From contig NW_026782880.1 of NCBI RefSeq assembly GCF_031769215.1, forward strand, positions 1-64,000: DNA of 64,000 nucleotides. The letters are read 5' to 3'. Of this stretch, positions 24,678 to 38,199 are shown piece after piece; position 1 is the stretch's first letter; each line of letters starts with the position of its first letter. The notes below the pieces were generated by a model. It did not search any database. It worked only from the letters and a program-made list of their open reading frames with translations, and was not told the origin of the DNA. Origin of the DNA: Ylistrum balloti (Eukaryota). A program made the position numbers and the translations under genes.

Positions 24678-25907
24678 TCAATACAGGTGGTCCTGAGGTC
24701 GGTTGTCTCCCCTACATGGATGGATGTTGGGATCTAGCTGACCTCTCCTGTAGTCAGACTTCCGAGCGGACCTGGACCTTTTCGCATGCTGCTTGTGCTG
24801 TTCTGCTAACAACAACATACTTCTTTTCTTGACAGCAGGTTTGTATTGGTGGTGGCGTTGATATATTTCCTCTGAGCTGAGTTGATTAAGTTTATGTTTG
24901 ACCTCCCTACTTGATTGAAGAAGCAGTTGTATTCAAACCTAATGACACAGTGATCAGGTGACATCATATCCTTTCCCTCTCAGCCAAGCTCCTGTCCAGC
25001 AAAGTTTGTTGTGGAGGGCACGTCCAAGTATCCACTTCTTAGGGGTAGATGTCTCGATACCCAGACTTAACCCCTGTGAGGCATTCATCCCTGGCTTCTT
25101 AGCACTTCCAAATGATGTGCTGTTGTACCGCCCATCCACAGCTAGTCCGATGGTGCTCGGGGAATCATCTCCTCTCAGGGTGTTGGCCTCCACCACCAGT
25201 CTGGTCTTCTCGGACATGTCCTTTTTGTTGAGGGCAGTAATGTCCTTGGACACTTGATTTGCCTGTCGCTGCACTCCACTCTTGGCTCCTGCAGGTATAT
25301 TCAGGTGTCCGAGAAGTAACGTGGCTCCTTTGGTGCTGACAGCCTGGCCACACAAAGCTGAAGGCAGGTACTTGTTGACAAGGGCTGGCTTTGGTCCGGG
25401 CTTATCCGTGTCTGCCTCTCTATGTAGTTTGTACAGTGGAGATCTGTACTGGCATTTATTACATCGGACAGCACAACTCCATCCCAGAGCCCTTTTCCGC
25501 TCGGTGTCCAGTTCAAACTCCGGTACCATGCATGATGTAGTGTTTGGTTGTCCGGCGTGAAGTCTGATGATGTCGTTCCACATTTTCACCATCAACACTA
25601 TGTCGATGATCCGGTTTCCTTCTATTACAGGCTCAGAGTTGGATTCTTCAGCTGTAACAGTTGCCGGCCGTAGTATCCGTGTTGGACAAGGTCTGTCTCC
25701 AGTATCTGTTGTTACCAGGGAAAGGCCGTCAGGACTGGGCTTGGTGATCAGCTGAAATTCCTGGGTGGTCAGTCTTCTGGTCAGAGCTGGTCTCTCTTCT
25801 CTGGTGACAGGTACCTCAGGATCTTCAACTTTAAATACCTGGCCCTTATTCTTTGGAACATTTCCAGGCTTGAAATAATTGTTCCTTCTCTTTCTGTCTC
25901 CCTTCAT
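24678..25907 (-). pseudogene. KolobokP-type transposase, deleted, copy 2
   Basis: Protein identical to copy 1. Confidence 0.8.
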
Positions 25908-26682
25908 ATTGGTAATGGTCAGTAATGGTCAGTAGTGGTCAGCAGTGGTCAGTCAGAAGTAGTCAGATGTATTAAGAATACAAAATTCAAACTGAAGCTG
26001 ACCACTTGATTGGTCATTGTGATATACACATCATTGCCTGTTTGATAATATAACATCAAAGGTGTTTCAGAGACAGGGAGAGCCCCAAAAGTAAACATAA
26101 AGGCCCAAAGCCCAAAGAGAACCCCCCCCCACCCTCCCCTGCCTTTGGCATGGATAGTCTTTGTATGTATACATGTGGCTGTTAGTTAGTCCAGTGGGTG
26201 TCATTCACTGTGATTGTTTACTGCAAGTCTTCACTGTTATCTATTGATTATTTCATGTCCAAATCAAAGCTGAAAAATGCTTTAAAGCAGATTAAATGTT
26301 CAGTTAATATTAAAATTTGGTAATTTAAAAAAAAATTAAAATTCTACGAAAAAAAATGAAGTTGTAATTTGAAATTGAAAAACTTTTTTGTATAGGTATA
26401 TGTAGGAATTATTCAAGTTTATATACCAATTTACAGAACTGAAATATCTTAATAATTGCAAAATCTGTTTCATTTTTCCTCACGCTTGGTGTCTGTGATA
26501 TGTACAGCAAAGTGTATGTAAAGCTGAGTTAAAATCTCAGTCTGAGAGGGGTTTTTCAATTCTTCATAACTCCTGTTTTATTTGACCTACGCTGATTCTG
26601 TTTACGCCGAAATGTTTGAAATAGCTCACAGTTGATGAAAATATTTTTTTTTAAATTTAAAAAAAAAAAAGTGTCCTATAAT

Positions 26683-27137
26683 AGGACTAAGACCACAATT
26701 AAATACTTCCGGGTTCAGTACCCACGAATGAAGTCCCTAAAAAATGTATGTATGTTAGGGAAAAAAATAATATGCCTCTTTGAATTAGATTTTTGCCTAT
26801 AAATTTGATGTAGATGTGTTATAGAGATGATAATCTAACTGTCAGTGTGTAAATCATTCATATTGAACATGTATTTTGTGCTGCAGGATCCGGTGTAAAA
26901 AGTCCTGTTTTCACCTTTACCCCTGACCCGGATGTATATAATTGACGTTGGTGACACATATGGAGGTATATCTCCAGAAAATGCCCAACATGATGGGTTG
27001 AAACTTTTACATTTTGCTTCTCAGATGTTGATCTTGGCCAGGTGAAATGGAAATTTGCAGATGAAACTTTGGGACTTAGTTATGAATTTTAATGTTACAA
27101 TGAAACATATAGTGAAATTAATTGTGGTCTTAGTCCT
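26683..27137. repeat. LTDR copy 3 (455 bp)
   Basis: Same TIRs and TAAT flanks; same haplotype as copy 2. Confidence 0.92.
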
Positions 27138-27416
27138 TAATGACATGCCTAAAAATCCATGTTTTTATTTCTCATACCCACATTTTTTGACCGATTCTCA
27201 TACAAATTGGCATGGTTGTTCTATATTTCATGACTGATTAGGTAGTGAAATAATTTTTAATTCATCACTTCGATTATAATTAAAATTTTAATTAAATTAA
27301 ATTTTTAGAAAATTTTTAAACTTTATTTTCTGGAGTGATCAGGACATCTATAAATAACATCAAATTAGCATATTTGTGTTCTTGTGTATTCCTACGCCAG
27401 ATTTTTAAAAGTTAAG

Positions 27417-27798
27417 ATGGAGGATTTTTTTCAAATTATACAAGTACAAGATCTTAGAAAATTCTGTGGTTAGCCCAGATAATGGCTTGTGTAGGATTTG
27501 GATTGGACCTGTAACAAGGACAGGGAAATATGGAATTCTGTCATTTAAGGACCCCAGTGATTTAAAATGGAAAAAGAAACATGCACACAGACTTGCTTTT
27601 ATTTGTTTTTCTGAAAATTTAGAATTGTCAAGTGATCTGGACTGTTCCCATCTCTGTCATAATAGTTTATGTTTAAATGTAGAGCACATAAGTTCAGAAC
27701 CTCATTTTGTAAATAATAACAGGCAGTACTGTTTAAATTCAAATGTGTGTTATGGTCATTTAGGGTTCAGTGACTGCATGTTGAATTTGAAAATGTAA
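27417..27798 (+). CDS. His-Me finger endonuclease, copy 3
   Basis: Same core and T7 frameshift as copy 1. Confidence 0.85.
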
Positions 27799-27995
27799 TT
27801 GAGTTTTTATTGATTTGAGGGTATTAGCTATTGTACACTGATGTATACAACATTGTCCGACTACCACCACGTGGAGGTTCCCTCATTAGGTAGTCATATA
27901 TTTTGTTGTTGTTGTTGCTGTTGTTGTTACATTATTTTGTGTTTTTTTTCTGATTGTTGACATGTCTCTAATAAATTTGTTGTCACCTCTTCTTC

Positions 27996-29224
27996 TCAAT
28001 ACAGGTGGTCCTGAGGTCGGTTGTCTCCCCTACATGGATGGATGTTGGGATCTAGCTGACCTCTCCTGTAGTCAGACTTCCGAGCGGACCTGGACCTTTT
28101 CGCATGCTGCTTGTGCTGTTCTGCTAACAACAACATACTTCTTTTCTTGACAGCAGGTTTGTATTGGTGGTGGCGTTGATATATTTCCTCTGAGCTGAGT
28201 TGATTAAGTTATGTTTGACCTCCCTACTTGATTGAAGAAGCAGTTGTATTCAAACCTAATGACACAGTGATCAGGTGACATCATATCCTTTCCCTCTCAG
28301 CCAAGCTCCTGTCCAGCAAAGTTTGTTGTGGAGGGCACGTCCAAGTATCCACTTCTTAGGGGTAGATGTCTCGATACCCAGACTTAACCCCTGTGAGGCA
28401 TTCATCCCTGGCTTCTTAGCACTTCCAAATGATGTGCTGTTGTACCGCCCATCCACAGCTAGTCCGATGGTGCTCGGGGAATCATCTCCTCTCAGGGTGT
28501 TGGCCTCCACCACCAGTCTGGTCTTCTCGGACATGTCCTTTTTGTTGAGGGCAGTAATGTCCTTGGACACTTGATTTGCCTGTCGCTGCACTCCACTCTT
28601 GGCTCCTGCAGGTATATTCAGGTGTCCGAGAAGTAACGTGGCTCCTTTGGTGCTGACAGCCTGGCCACACAAAGCTGAAGGCAGGTACTTGTTGACAAGG
28701 GCTGGCTTTGGTCCGGGCTTATCCGTGTCTGCCTCTCTATGTAGTTTGTACAGTGGAGATCTGTACTGGCATTTATTACATCGGACAGCACAACTCCATC
28801 CCAGAGCCCTTTTCCGCTCGGTGTCCAGTTCAAACTCCGGTACCATGCATGATGTAGTGTTTGGTTGTCCGGCGTGAAGTCTGATGATGTCGTTCCACAT
28901 TTTCACCATCAACACTATGTCGATGATCTGGTTTCCTTCTATTACAGGCTCAGAGTTGGATTCTTCAGCTGTAACAGTTGCCGGCCGTAGTATCTGTGTT
29001 GGACAAGGTCTGTCTCCAGTATCTGTTGTTACCAGGGAAAGGCCGTCAGGACTGGGCTTGGTGATCAGCTGAAATTCCTGGGTGGTCAGTCTTCTGGTCA
29101 GAGCTGGTCTCTCTTCTCTGGTGACAGGTACCTCAGGATCTTCAACTTTAAATAACTGGCCCTTATTCTTTGGAACATTTCCAGGCTTGAAATAATTGTT
29201 CCTTCTCTTTCTGTCTCCCTTCAT
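27996..29224 (-). pseudogene. KolobokP-type transposase, deleted, copy 3
   Basis: Three private substitutions relative to copy 1 (V24L, R78Q, R99Q). Confidence 0.8.
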
Positions 29225-30266
29225 ATTGGTAATGGTCAGTAATGGTCGGTAGTGGTCAGCAGTGGTCAGTCAGAAGTAGTCAGATGTATTAAGAATACAA
29301 AATTCAAACTGAAGCTGACCACTTGATTGGTCATTGTGATATACACATCATTGCCTGTTTGATAATATAACATCAAAGGTGTTTCAGAGACAGGGAGAGC
29401 CCCAAAAGTAAACATAAAGGCCCAAAGAGAACACCCCCCCCCCTCCCCTGCCTTTGGCATGGATAGTCTTTGTATGTATACATGTGGCTGTTAGTTAGTC
29501 CAGTGGGTGTCATTCACTGTGATTGTTTACTGCAAGTCTTCACTGTTATCTATTGATTATTTCATGTCCAAATCAAAGCTGAAAAATGCTTTAAAGCAGA
29601 TTAAATGTTCAGTTAATATTAAAATTTGGTAATTTAAAAAAAAATTTAAATTCTACAAAAAAAAATGAAGTTGTAATTTGAAATTGAAAAACTTTTTTGT
29701 ATAGGTATATGTAGGAATTATTCAAGTTTATATACCAATTTACAGAACTGAAATATCTTAATAATTGCAAAATCTGTTTCATTTTTCCTGACGCTTGGTG
29801 TCTGTGATATGTACAGCAAAGTGTATGTAAAGCTGAGTTAAAATCTCAGTCTGAGAGGGGTTTTTCAATTCTTCATAACTCCTGTTTTATTTGACCTACG
29901 CTGATTCTGTTTACGCCGAAATGTTTGAAATAGCTCACAGTTGATGAAAATATTTTTTTTTAAATTTAAAAAAAAAAAAGTGTCCTTTAATGACATGCCT
30001 AAAAATCCATGTTTTTATTTCTCATACCCACATTTTTTGACCGATTCTCATACAAATTGGCATGGTTGTTCTATATTTCATGACTGATTAGGTAGTGAAA
30101 TAATTCTTAATTCATCACTTCGATTATAATTAAAATTTTAATTAAATTAAATTTTTAGAAAATTTTTAAACTTTATTTTCTGGAGTGATCAGGACATCTA
30201 TAAATAACATCAAATTAGCATATTTGTGTTCTTGTGTATTCCTACGCCAGATTTTTAAAAGTTAAG

Positions 30267-30648
30267 ATGGAGGATTTTTTTCAAATTATACAAGTACAAG
30301 ATCTTAGAAAATTCTGTGGTTAGCCCAGATAATGGCTTGTGTAGGATTTGGATTGGACCTGTAACAAGGACAGGGAAATATGGAATTCTGTCATTTAAGG
30401 ACCCCAGTGATTTAAAATGGAAAAAGAAACATGCACACAGACTTGCTTTTATTTGTTTTTCTGAAAATTTAGAATTGTCAAGTGATCTGGACTGTTCCCA
30501 TCTCTGTCATAATAGTTTATGTTTAAATGTAGAGCACATAAGTTCAGAACCTCATTTTGTAAATAATAACAGGCAGTACTGTTTAAATTCAAATGTGTGT
30601 TATGGTCATTTAGGGTTCAGTGACTGCATGTTGAATTTGAAAATGTAA
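30267..30648 (+). CDS. His-Me finger endonuclease, copy 4
   Basis: Same core and T7 frameshift as copy 1. Confidence 0.85.
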
Positions 30649-30846
30649 TTGAGTTTTTATTGATTTGAGGGTATTAGCTATTGTACACTGATGTATACAA
30701 CATTGTCCGACTACCACCACGTGGAGGTTCCCTCATTAGGTAGTCATATATTTTGTTGTTGTTGTTGCTGTTGTTGTTACATTATTTTGTGTTTTTTTTT
30801 CTGATTGTTGACATGTCTCTAATAAATTTGTTGTCGCCTCTTCTTC

Positions 30847-32076
30847 TCAATACAGGTGGTCCTGAGGTCGGTTGTCTCCCCTACATGGATGGATGTTGGG
30901 ATCTAGCTGACCTCTCCTGTAGTCAGACTTCCGAGCGGACCTGGACCTTTTCGCATGCTGCTTGTGCTGTTCTGCTAACAACAACATACTTCTTTTCTTG
31001 ACAGCAGGTTTGTATTGGTGGTGGCGTTGATATATTTCCTCTGAGCTGAGTTGATTAAGTTTATGTTTGACCTCCCTACTTGATTGAAGAAGCAGTTGTA
31101 TTCAAACCTAATGACACAGTGATCAGGTGACATCATATTCTTTCCCTCTCAGCCAAGCTCCTGTCCAGCAAAGTTTGTTGTGGAGGGCACGTCCAAGTAT
31201 CCACTTCTTAGGGGTAGATGTCTCGATACCCAGACTTAACCCCTGTGAGGCATTCATCCCTGGCTTCTTAGCACTTCCAAATGATGTGCTGTTGTACCGC
31301 CCATCCACAGCTAGTCCGATGGTGCTCGGGGAATCATCTCCTCTCAGGGTGTTGGCCTCCACCACCAGTCTGGTCTTCTCGGACATGTCCTTTTTGTTGA
31401 GGGCAGTAATGTCCTTGGACACTTGATTTGCCTGTCGCTGCACTCCACTCTTGGCTCCTGCAGGTATATTCAGGTGTCCGAGAAGTAACGTGGCTCCTTT
31501 GGTGCTGACAGCCTGGCCACACAAAGCTGAAGGCAGGTACTTGTTGACAAGGGCTGGCTTTGGTCCGGGCTTATCCGTGTCTGCCTCTCTATGTAGTTTG
31601 TACAGTGGAGATCTGTTCTGGCATTTATTACATCGGACAGCACAACTCCATCCCAGAGCCCTTTTCCGCTCGGTGTCCAGTTCAAACTCCGGTACCATGC
31701 ATGATGTAGTGTTTGGTTGTCCGGCGTGAAGTCTGATGATGGTGTTCCACATTTTCACCATCAACACTATGTCGATGATCCGGTTTCCTTCTATTACAGG
31801 CTCAGAGTTGGATTCTTCAGCTGTAACAGTTGCCGGCCGTAGTATCCATGTTGGACAAGGTCTGTCTCCAGTATCTGTTGTTACCAGGGAAAGGCCGTCA
31901 GGACTGGGCTTGGTGATCAGCTGAAATTCCTGGGTGGTCAGTCTTCTGGTCAGAGCTGGTCTCTCTTCTCTGGTGACAGGTACCTCAGGATCTTCAACTT
32001 TAAATACCTGGCCCTTATTCTTTGGAACATTTCCAGGCTTGAAATGATTGTTCCTTCTCTTTCTGTCTCCCTTCAT
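30847..32076 (-). pseudogene. KolobokP-type transposase, deleted, copy 4
   Basis: Shares the PTW, WNT and CQN variants with copies 5 and 6. Confidence 0.8.
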
Positions 32077-33130
32077 ATTGGTAATGGTCAGTAATGGTCA
32101 GTAGTGGTCAGCAGTGTGGTCAGCAGTGGTCAGTCAGAAGTAGTCAGATGTATTAAGAATACAAAAATCAAACTGAAGCTGACCATTTGATTGGTCATTG
32201 TGATATACACATCATTGCCTGTTTGATAATATAACATCAAAGGTGTTTCAGAGACAGGGAGAGCCCCAAAAGTAAACATAAAGGCCCAAAGAGAACACCC
32301 CCCCCCCTCCCCTGCCTTTGGCATGGGTAGTCTTTGTATGTATACATGTGGCTGTTAGTTAGTCCAGTGGGTGTCATTCACTGTGATTGTTTACTGCAAG
32401 TCTTCACTGTTATCTATTGATTATTTCATGTCCAAATCAAAGCTGAAAAATGCTTTAAAGCAGATTAAATGTTCAGTTAATATTAAAATTTGGTAATTTA
32501 AAAAAAAAAAATTTAAATTCTACAAAAAAAAATGAAGTTGTAATTTGAAATTGAAAAACTTTTTTGTATAGGTATATGTAGGAATTATTCAAGTTTATAT
32601 ACCAATTTACAGAACTGAAATATCTTAATAATTGCAAAATCTGTTTCATTTTTCCTGACGCTTGGTGTCTGTGATATGTACAGCAAAGTGTATGTAAAGC
32701 TGAGTTAAAATCTGTCTGAGAGGGGTTTTTCAATTCTTCATAACTCCTGTTTTATTTGACCTACGCTGATTCTGTTTACGCCGAAATGTTTGAAATAGCT
32801 CACAGTTGATGAAAATATTTTTTTTTAAATTTTAAAAAAAAAAGTGTCCTTTAATGACATGCCTAAAAATCCATGTTTTTATTTCTCATACCCACATTTT
32901 TTGACCGATTCTCATACAAATTGGCATGGTTGTTCTATATTTCATGACTGATTAGGTAGTGAAATAATTCTTAATTCATCACTTCGATTATAATTAAAAT
33001 TTTAATTAAATTAAATTTTTAGAAAATTTTTAAACTTTATTTTCTGGAGTGATCAGGACATCTATAAATAACATCAAATTAGCATATTTGTGTTCTTGTG
33101 TATTCCTACGCCAGATTTTTAAAAGTTAAG

Positions 33131-33512
33131 ATGGAGGATTTTTTTCAAATTATACAAGTACAAGATCTTAGAAAATTCTGTGGTTAGCCCAGATAATGGC
33201 TTGTGTAGGATTTGGATTGGACCTGTAACAAGGACAGGGAAATATGGAATTCTGTCATTTAAGGACCCCAGTGATTTAAAATGGAAAAAGAAACATGCAC
33301 ACAGACTTGCTTTTATTTGTTTTTCTGAAAATTTAGAATTGTCAAGTGATCTGGACTGTTCCCATCTCTGTCATAATAGTTTATGTTTAAATGTAGAGCA
33401 CATAAGTTCAGAACCTCATTTTGTAAATAATAACAGGCAGTACTGTTTAAATTCAAATGTGTGTTATGGTCATTTAGGGTTCAGTGACTGCATGTTGAAT
33501 TTGAAAATGTAA
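33131..33512 (+). CDS. His-Me finger endonuclease, copy 5
   Basis: Same core and T7 frameshift as copy 1. Confidence 0.85.
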
Positions 33513-33710
33513 TTGAGTTTTTATTGATTTGAGGGTATTAGCTATTGTACACTGATGTATACAACATTGTCCGACTACCACCACGTGGAGGTTCCCTCAT
33601 TAGGTAGTCATATATTTTGTTGTTGTTGTTGCTGTTGTTGTTACATTATTTTGTGTTTTTTTTTCTGATTGTTGACATGTCTCTAATAAATTTGTTGTCA
33701 CCTCTTCTTC

Positions 33711-34940
33711 TCAATACAGGTGGTCCTGAGGTCGGTTGTCTCCCCTACATGGATGGATGTTGGGATCTAGCTGACCTCTCCTGTAGTCAGACTTCCGAGC
33801 GGACCTGGACCTTTTCGCATGCTGCTTGTGCTGTTCTGCTAACAACAACATACTTCTTTTCTTGACAGCAGGTTTGTATTGGTGGTGGCGTTGATATATT
33901 TCCTCTGAGCTGAGTTGATTAAGTTTATGTTTGACCTCCCTACTTGATTGAAGAAGCAGTTGTATTCAAACCTAATGACACAGTGATCAGGTGACATCAT
34001 ATCCTTTCCCTCTCAGCCAAGCTCCTGTCCAGCAAAGTTTGTTGTGGAGGGCACGTCCAAGTATCCACTTCTTAGGGGTAGATGTCTCGATACCCAGACT
34101 TAACCCCTGTGAGGCATTCATCCCTGGCTTCTTAGCACTTCCAAATGATGTGCTGTTGTACCGCCCATCCACAGCTAGTCCGATGGTGCTCGGGGAATCA
34201 TCTCCTCTCAGGGTGTTGGCCTCCACCACCAGTCTGGTCTTCTCGGACATGTCCTTTTTGTTGAGGGCAGTAATGTCCTTGGACACTTGATTTGCCTGTC
34301 GCTGCACTCCACTCTTGGCTCCTGCAGGTATATTCAGGTGTCCGAGAAGTAACGTGGCTCCTTTGGTGCTGACAGCCTGGCCACACAAAGCTGAAGGCAG
34401 GTACTTGTTGACAAGGGCTGGCTTTGGTCCGGGCTTATCCGTGTCTGCCTCTCTATGTAGTTTGTACAGTGGAGATCTGTTCTGGCATTTATTACATCGG
34501 ACAGCACAACTCCATCCCAGAGCCCTTTTCCGCTCGGTGTCCAGTTCAAACTCCGGTACCATGCATGATGTAGTGTTTGGTTGTCCGGCGTGAAGTCTGA
34601 TGATGGTGTTCCACATTTTCACCATCAACACTATGTCGATGATCCGGTTTCCTTCTATTACAGGCTCAGAGTTGGATTCTTCAGCTGTAACAGTTGCCGG
34701 CCGTAGTATCCATGTTGGACAAGGTCTGTCTCCAGTATCTGTTGTTACCAGGGAAAGGCCGTCAGGACTGGGCTTGGTGATCAGCTGAAATTCCTGGGTG
34801 GTCAGTCTTCTGGTCAGAGCTGGTCTCTCTTCTCTGGTGACAGGTACCTCAGGATCTTCAACTTTAAATACCTGGCCCTTATTCTTTGGAACATTTCCAG
34901 GCTTGAAATAATTGTTCCTTCTCTTTCTGTCTCCCTTCAT
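33711..34940 (-). pseudogene. KolobokP-type transposase, deleted, copy 5
   Basis: 317-aa ORF at 33987-34940 with the same deletion junction. Confidence 0.8.
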
Positions 34941-35720
34941 ATTGGTAATGGTCAGTAATGGTCAGTAGTGGTCAGCAGTGTGGTCAGCAGTGGTCAGTCA
35001 GAAGTAGTCAGATGTATTAAGAATACAAAAATCAAACTGAAGCTGACCATTTGATTGGTCATTGTGATATACACATCATTGCCTGTTTGATAATATAACA
35101 TCAAAGGTGTTTCAGAGACAGGGAGAGCCCCAAAAGTAAACATAAAGGCCCAAAGAGAACACCCCCCCCCCCTCCCCTGCCTTTGGCATGGGTAGTCTTT
35201 GTATGTATACATGTGGCTGTTAGTTAGTCCAGTGGGTGTCATTCACTGTGATTGTTTACTGCAAGTCTTCACTGTTATCTATTGATTATTTCATGTCCAA
35301 ATCAAAGCTGAAAAATGCTTTAAAGCAGATTAAATGTTCAGTTAATATTAAAATTTGGTAATTTAAAAAAAAAATTTAAATTCTACAAAAAAAAATGAAG
35401 TTGTAATTTGAAATTGAAAAACTTTTTTGTATAGGTATATGTAGGAATTATTCAAGTTTATATACCAATTTACAGAACTGAAATATCTTAATAATTGCAA
35501 AATCTGTTTCATTTTTCCTGACGCTTGGTGTCTGTGATATGTACAGCAAAGTGTATGTAAAGCTGAGTTAAAATCTCAGTCTGAGAGGGGTTTTTCAATT
35601 CTTCATAACTCCTGTTTTATTTGACCTACGCTGATTCTGTTTACGCCGAAATGTTTGAAATAGCTCACAGTTGATGAAAATATTTTTTTTTAAATTTTAA
35701 AAAAAAAAGTGTCCTATAAT

Positions 35721-36175
35721 AGGACTAAGACCACAATTAAATACTTCCGGGTTCAGTACCCACGAATGAAGTCCCTAAAAAATGTATGTATATTTGGGAA
35801 AAAAATAATATGCCTCTTTGAATTGGATGTTTGCCTATAAATTTGCTGTAGATGTGTTATAGAGATGATAATCTAGCTGTCAGTGTGTAAATCATTCATA
35901 TTGAACATGTATTTTGTGCTGCAGGATCCGGTGTAAAAAGTCCTGTTTTCACCTTTACCCCTGACCCGGATGTATATAATTGACGTTGGTGACACATATG
36001 GAGGTATATCTCCAGAAAATGCCCAACATGATGGGTTGAAACTTTTACATTTTGCTTCTCAGATGTTGATCTTGGCCAGGTGAAATGGAAATTTGCAGAT
36101 GAAACTTTGGGACTTAGTTATGAATTTTAATGTTACAATGAAACATATAGTGAAATTAATTGTGGTCTTAGTCCT
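35721..36175. repeat. LTDR copy 4 (455 bp)
   Basis: Same TIRs and TAAT flanks; haplotype resembles copy 1. Confidence 0.92.
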
Positions 36176-36454
36176 TAATGACATGCCTAAAAATCCATGT
36201 TTTTATTTCTCATACCCACATTTTTTGACCGATTCTCATACAAATTGGCATGGTTGTTCTATATTTCATGACTGATTAGGTAGTGAAATAATTTTTAATT
36301 CATCACTTCGATTATAATTAAAATTTTAATTAAATTAAATTTTTAGAAAATTTTTAAACTTTATTTTCTGGAGTGATCAGGACATCTATAAATAACATCA
36401 AATTAGCATATTTGTGTTCTTGTGTATTCCTACGCCAGATTTTTAAAAGTTAAG

Positions 36455-36836
36455 ATGGAGGATTTTTTTCAAATTATACAAGTACAAGATCTTAGAAAAT
36501 TCTGTGGTTAGCCCAGATAATGGCTTGTGTAGGATTTGGATTGGACCTGTAACAAGGACAGGGAAATATGGAATTCTGTCATTTAAGGACCCCAGTGATT
36601 TAAAATGGAAAAAGAAACATGCACACAGACTTGCTTTTATTTGTTTTTCTGAAAATTTAGAATTGTCAAGTGATCTGGACTGTTCCCATCTCTGTCATAA
36701 TAGTTTATGTTTAAATGTAGAGCACATAAGTTCAGAACCTCATTTTGTAAATAATAACAGGCAGTACTGTTTAAATTCAAATGTGTGTTATGGTCATTTA
36801 GGGTTCAGTGACTGCATGTTGAATTTGAAAATGTAA
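36455..36836 (+). CDS. His-Me finger endonuclease, copy 6
   Basis: Same core and T7 frameshift as copy 1. Confidence 0.85.
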
Positions 36837-37034
36837 TTGAGTTTTTATTGATTTGAGGGTATTAGCTATTGTACACTGATGTATACAACATTGTCCGACT
36901 ACCACCACGTGGAGGTTCCCTCATTAGGTAGTCATATATTTTGTTGTTGTTGTTGCTGTTGTTGTTACATTATTTTGTGTTTTTTTTTCTGATTGTTGAC
37001 ATGTCTCTAATAAATTTGTTGTCACCTCTTCTTC

Positions 37035-38199
37035 TCAATACAGGTGGTCCTGAGGTCGGTTGTCTCCCCTACATGGATGGATGTTGGGATCTAGCTGACC
37101 TCTCCTGTAGTCAGACTTCCGAGCGGACCTGGACCTTTTCGCATGCTGCTTGTGCTGTTCTGCTAACAACAACATACTTCTTTTCTTGACAGCAGGTTTG
37201 TATTGGTGGTGGCGTTGATATATTTCCTCTGAGCTGAGTTGATTAAGTTTATGTTTGACCTCCCTACTTGATTGAAGAAGCAGTTGTATTCAAACCTAAT
37301 GACACAGTGATCAGGTGACATCATATCCTTTCCCTCTCAGCCAAGCTCCTGTCCAGCAAAGTTTGTTGTGGAGGGCACGTCCAAGTATCCACTTCTTAGG
37401 GGTAGATGTCTCGATACCCAGACTTAACCCCTGTGAGGCATTCATCCCTGGCTTCTTAGCACTTCCAAATGATGTGCTGTTGTACCGCCCATCCACAGCT
37501 AGTCCGATGGTGCTCGGGGAATCATCTCCTCTCAGGGTGTTGGCCTCCACCACCAGTCTGGTCTTCTCGGACATGTCCTTTTTGTTGAGGGCAGTAATGT
37601 CCTTGGACACTTGATTTGCCTGTCGCTGCACTCCACTCTTGGCTCCTGCAGGTATATTCAGGTGTCCGAGAAGTAACGTGGCTCCTTTGGTGCTGACAGC
37701 CTGGCCACACAAAGCTGAAGGCAGGTACTTGTTGACAAGGGCTGGCTTTGGTCCGGGCTTATCCGTGTCTGCCTCTCTATGTAGTTTGTACAGTGGAGAT
37801 CTGTTCTGGCATTTATTACATCGGACAGCACAACTCCATCCCAGAGCCCTTTTCCGCTCGGTGTCCAGTTCAAACTCCGGTACCATGCATGATGTAGTGT
37901 TTGGTTGTCCGGCGTGAAGTCTGATGATGGTGTTCCACATTTTCACCATCAACACTATGTCGATGATCCGGTTTCCTTCTATTACAGGCTCAGAGTTGGA
38001 TTCTTCAGCTGTAACAGTTGCCGGCCGTAGTATCCATGTTGGACAAGGTCTGTCTCCAGTATCTGTTGTTACCAGGGAAAGGCCGTCAGGACTGGGCTTG
38101 GTGATCAGCTGAAATTCCTGGGTGGTCAGTCTTCTGGTCAGAGCTGGTCTCTCTTCTCTGGTGACAGGTACCTCAGGATCTTCAACTTTAAATACCTGG
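37035..38199 (-). pseudogene. KolobokP-type transposase, copy 6; 5' end removed at the LINE junction
   Basis: Sequence breaks at aaatacctgg|T11 (38199/38200); the intact units continue cccttattc. Confidence 0.85.

Larger units (their letters stand above)
19510..38199 (-). mobile_element. Tandem array of internally deleted KolobokP-type composite DNA transposons (one partial plus six internal regions)
   Basis: Internal regions of ~2.85 kb at 20514-23360, 23824-26678, 27142-29987, 29992-32851, 32856-35716 and 36180-38199 (cut by the LINE). Each has a His-Me nuclease and a convergent transposase. 455-bp direct repeats with their own TIRs separate them, matching the described KolobokP architecture (LTDRs of ~450 bp). 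Confidence 0.85.

Noticed and set aside
23365-36175. LTR retrotransposon interpretation of the 455-bp direct repeats
   Set aside because: No TG..CA ends, PBS/PPT, gag or RT; the repeats have their own TIRs and flank a DDE transposase and a His-Me nuclease.
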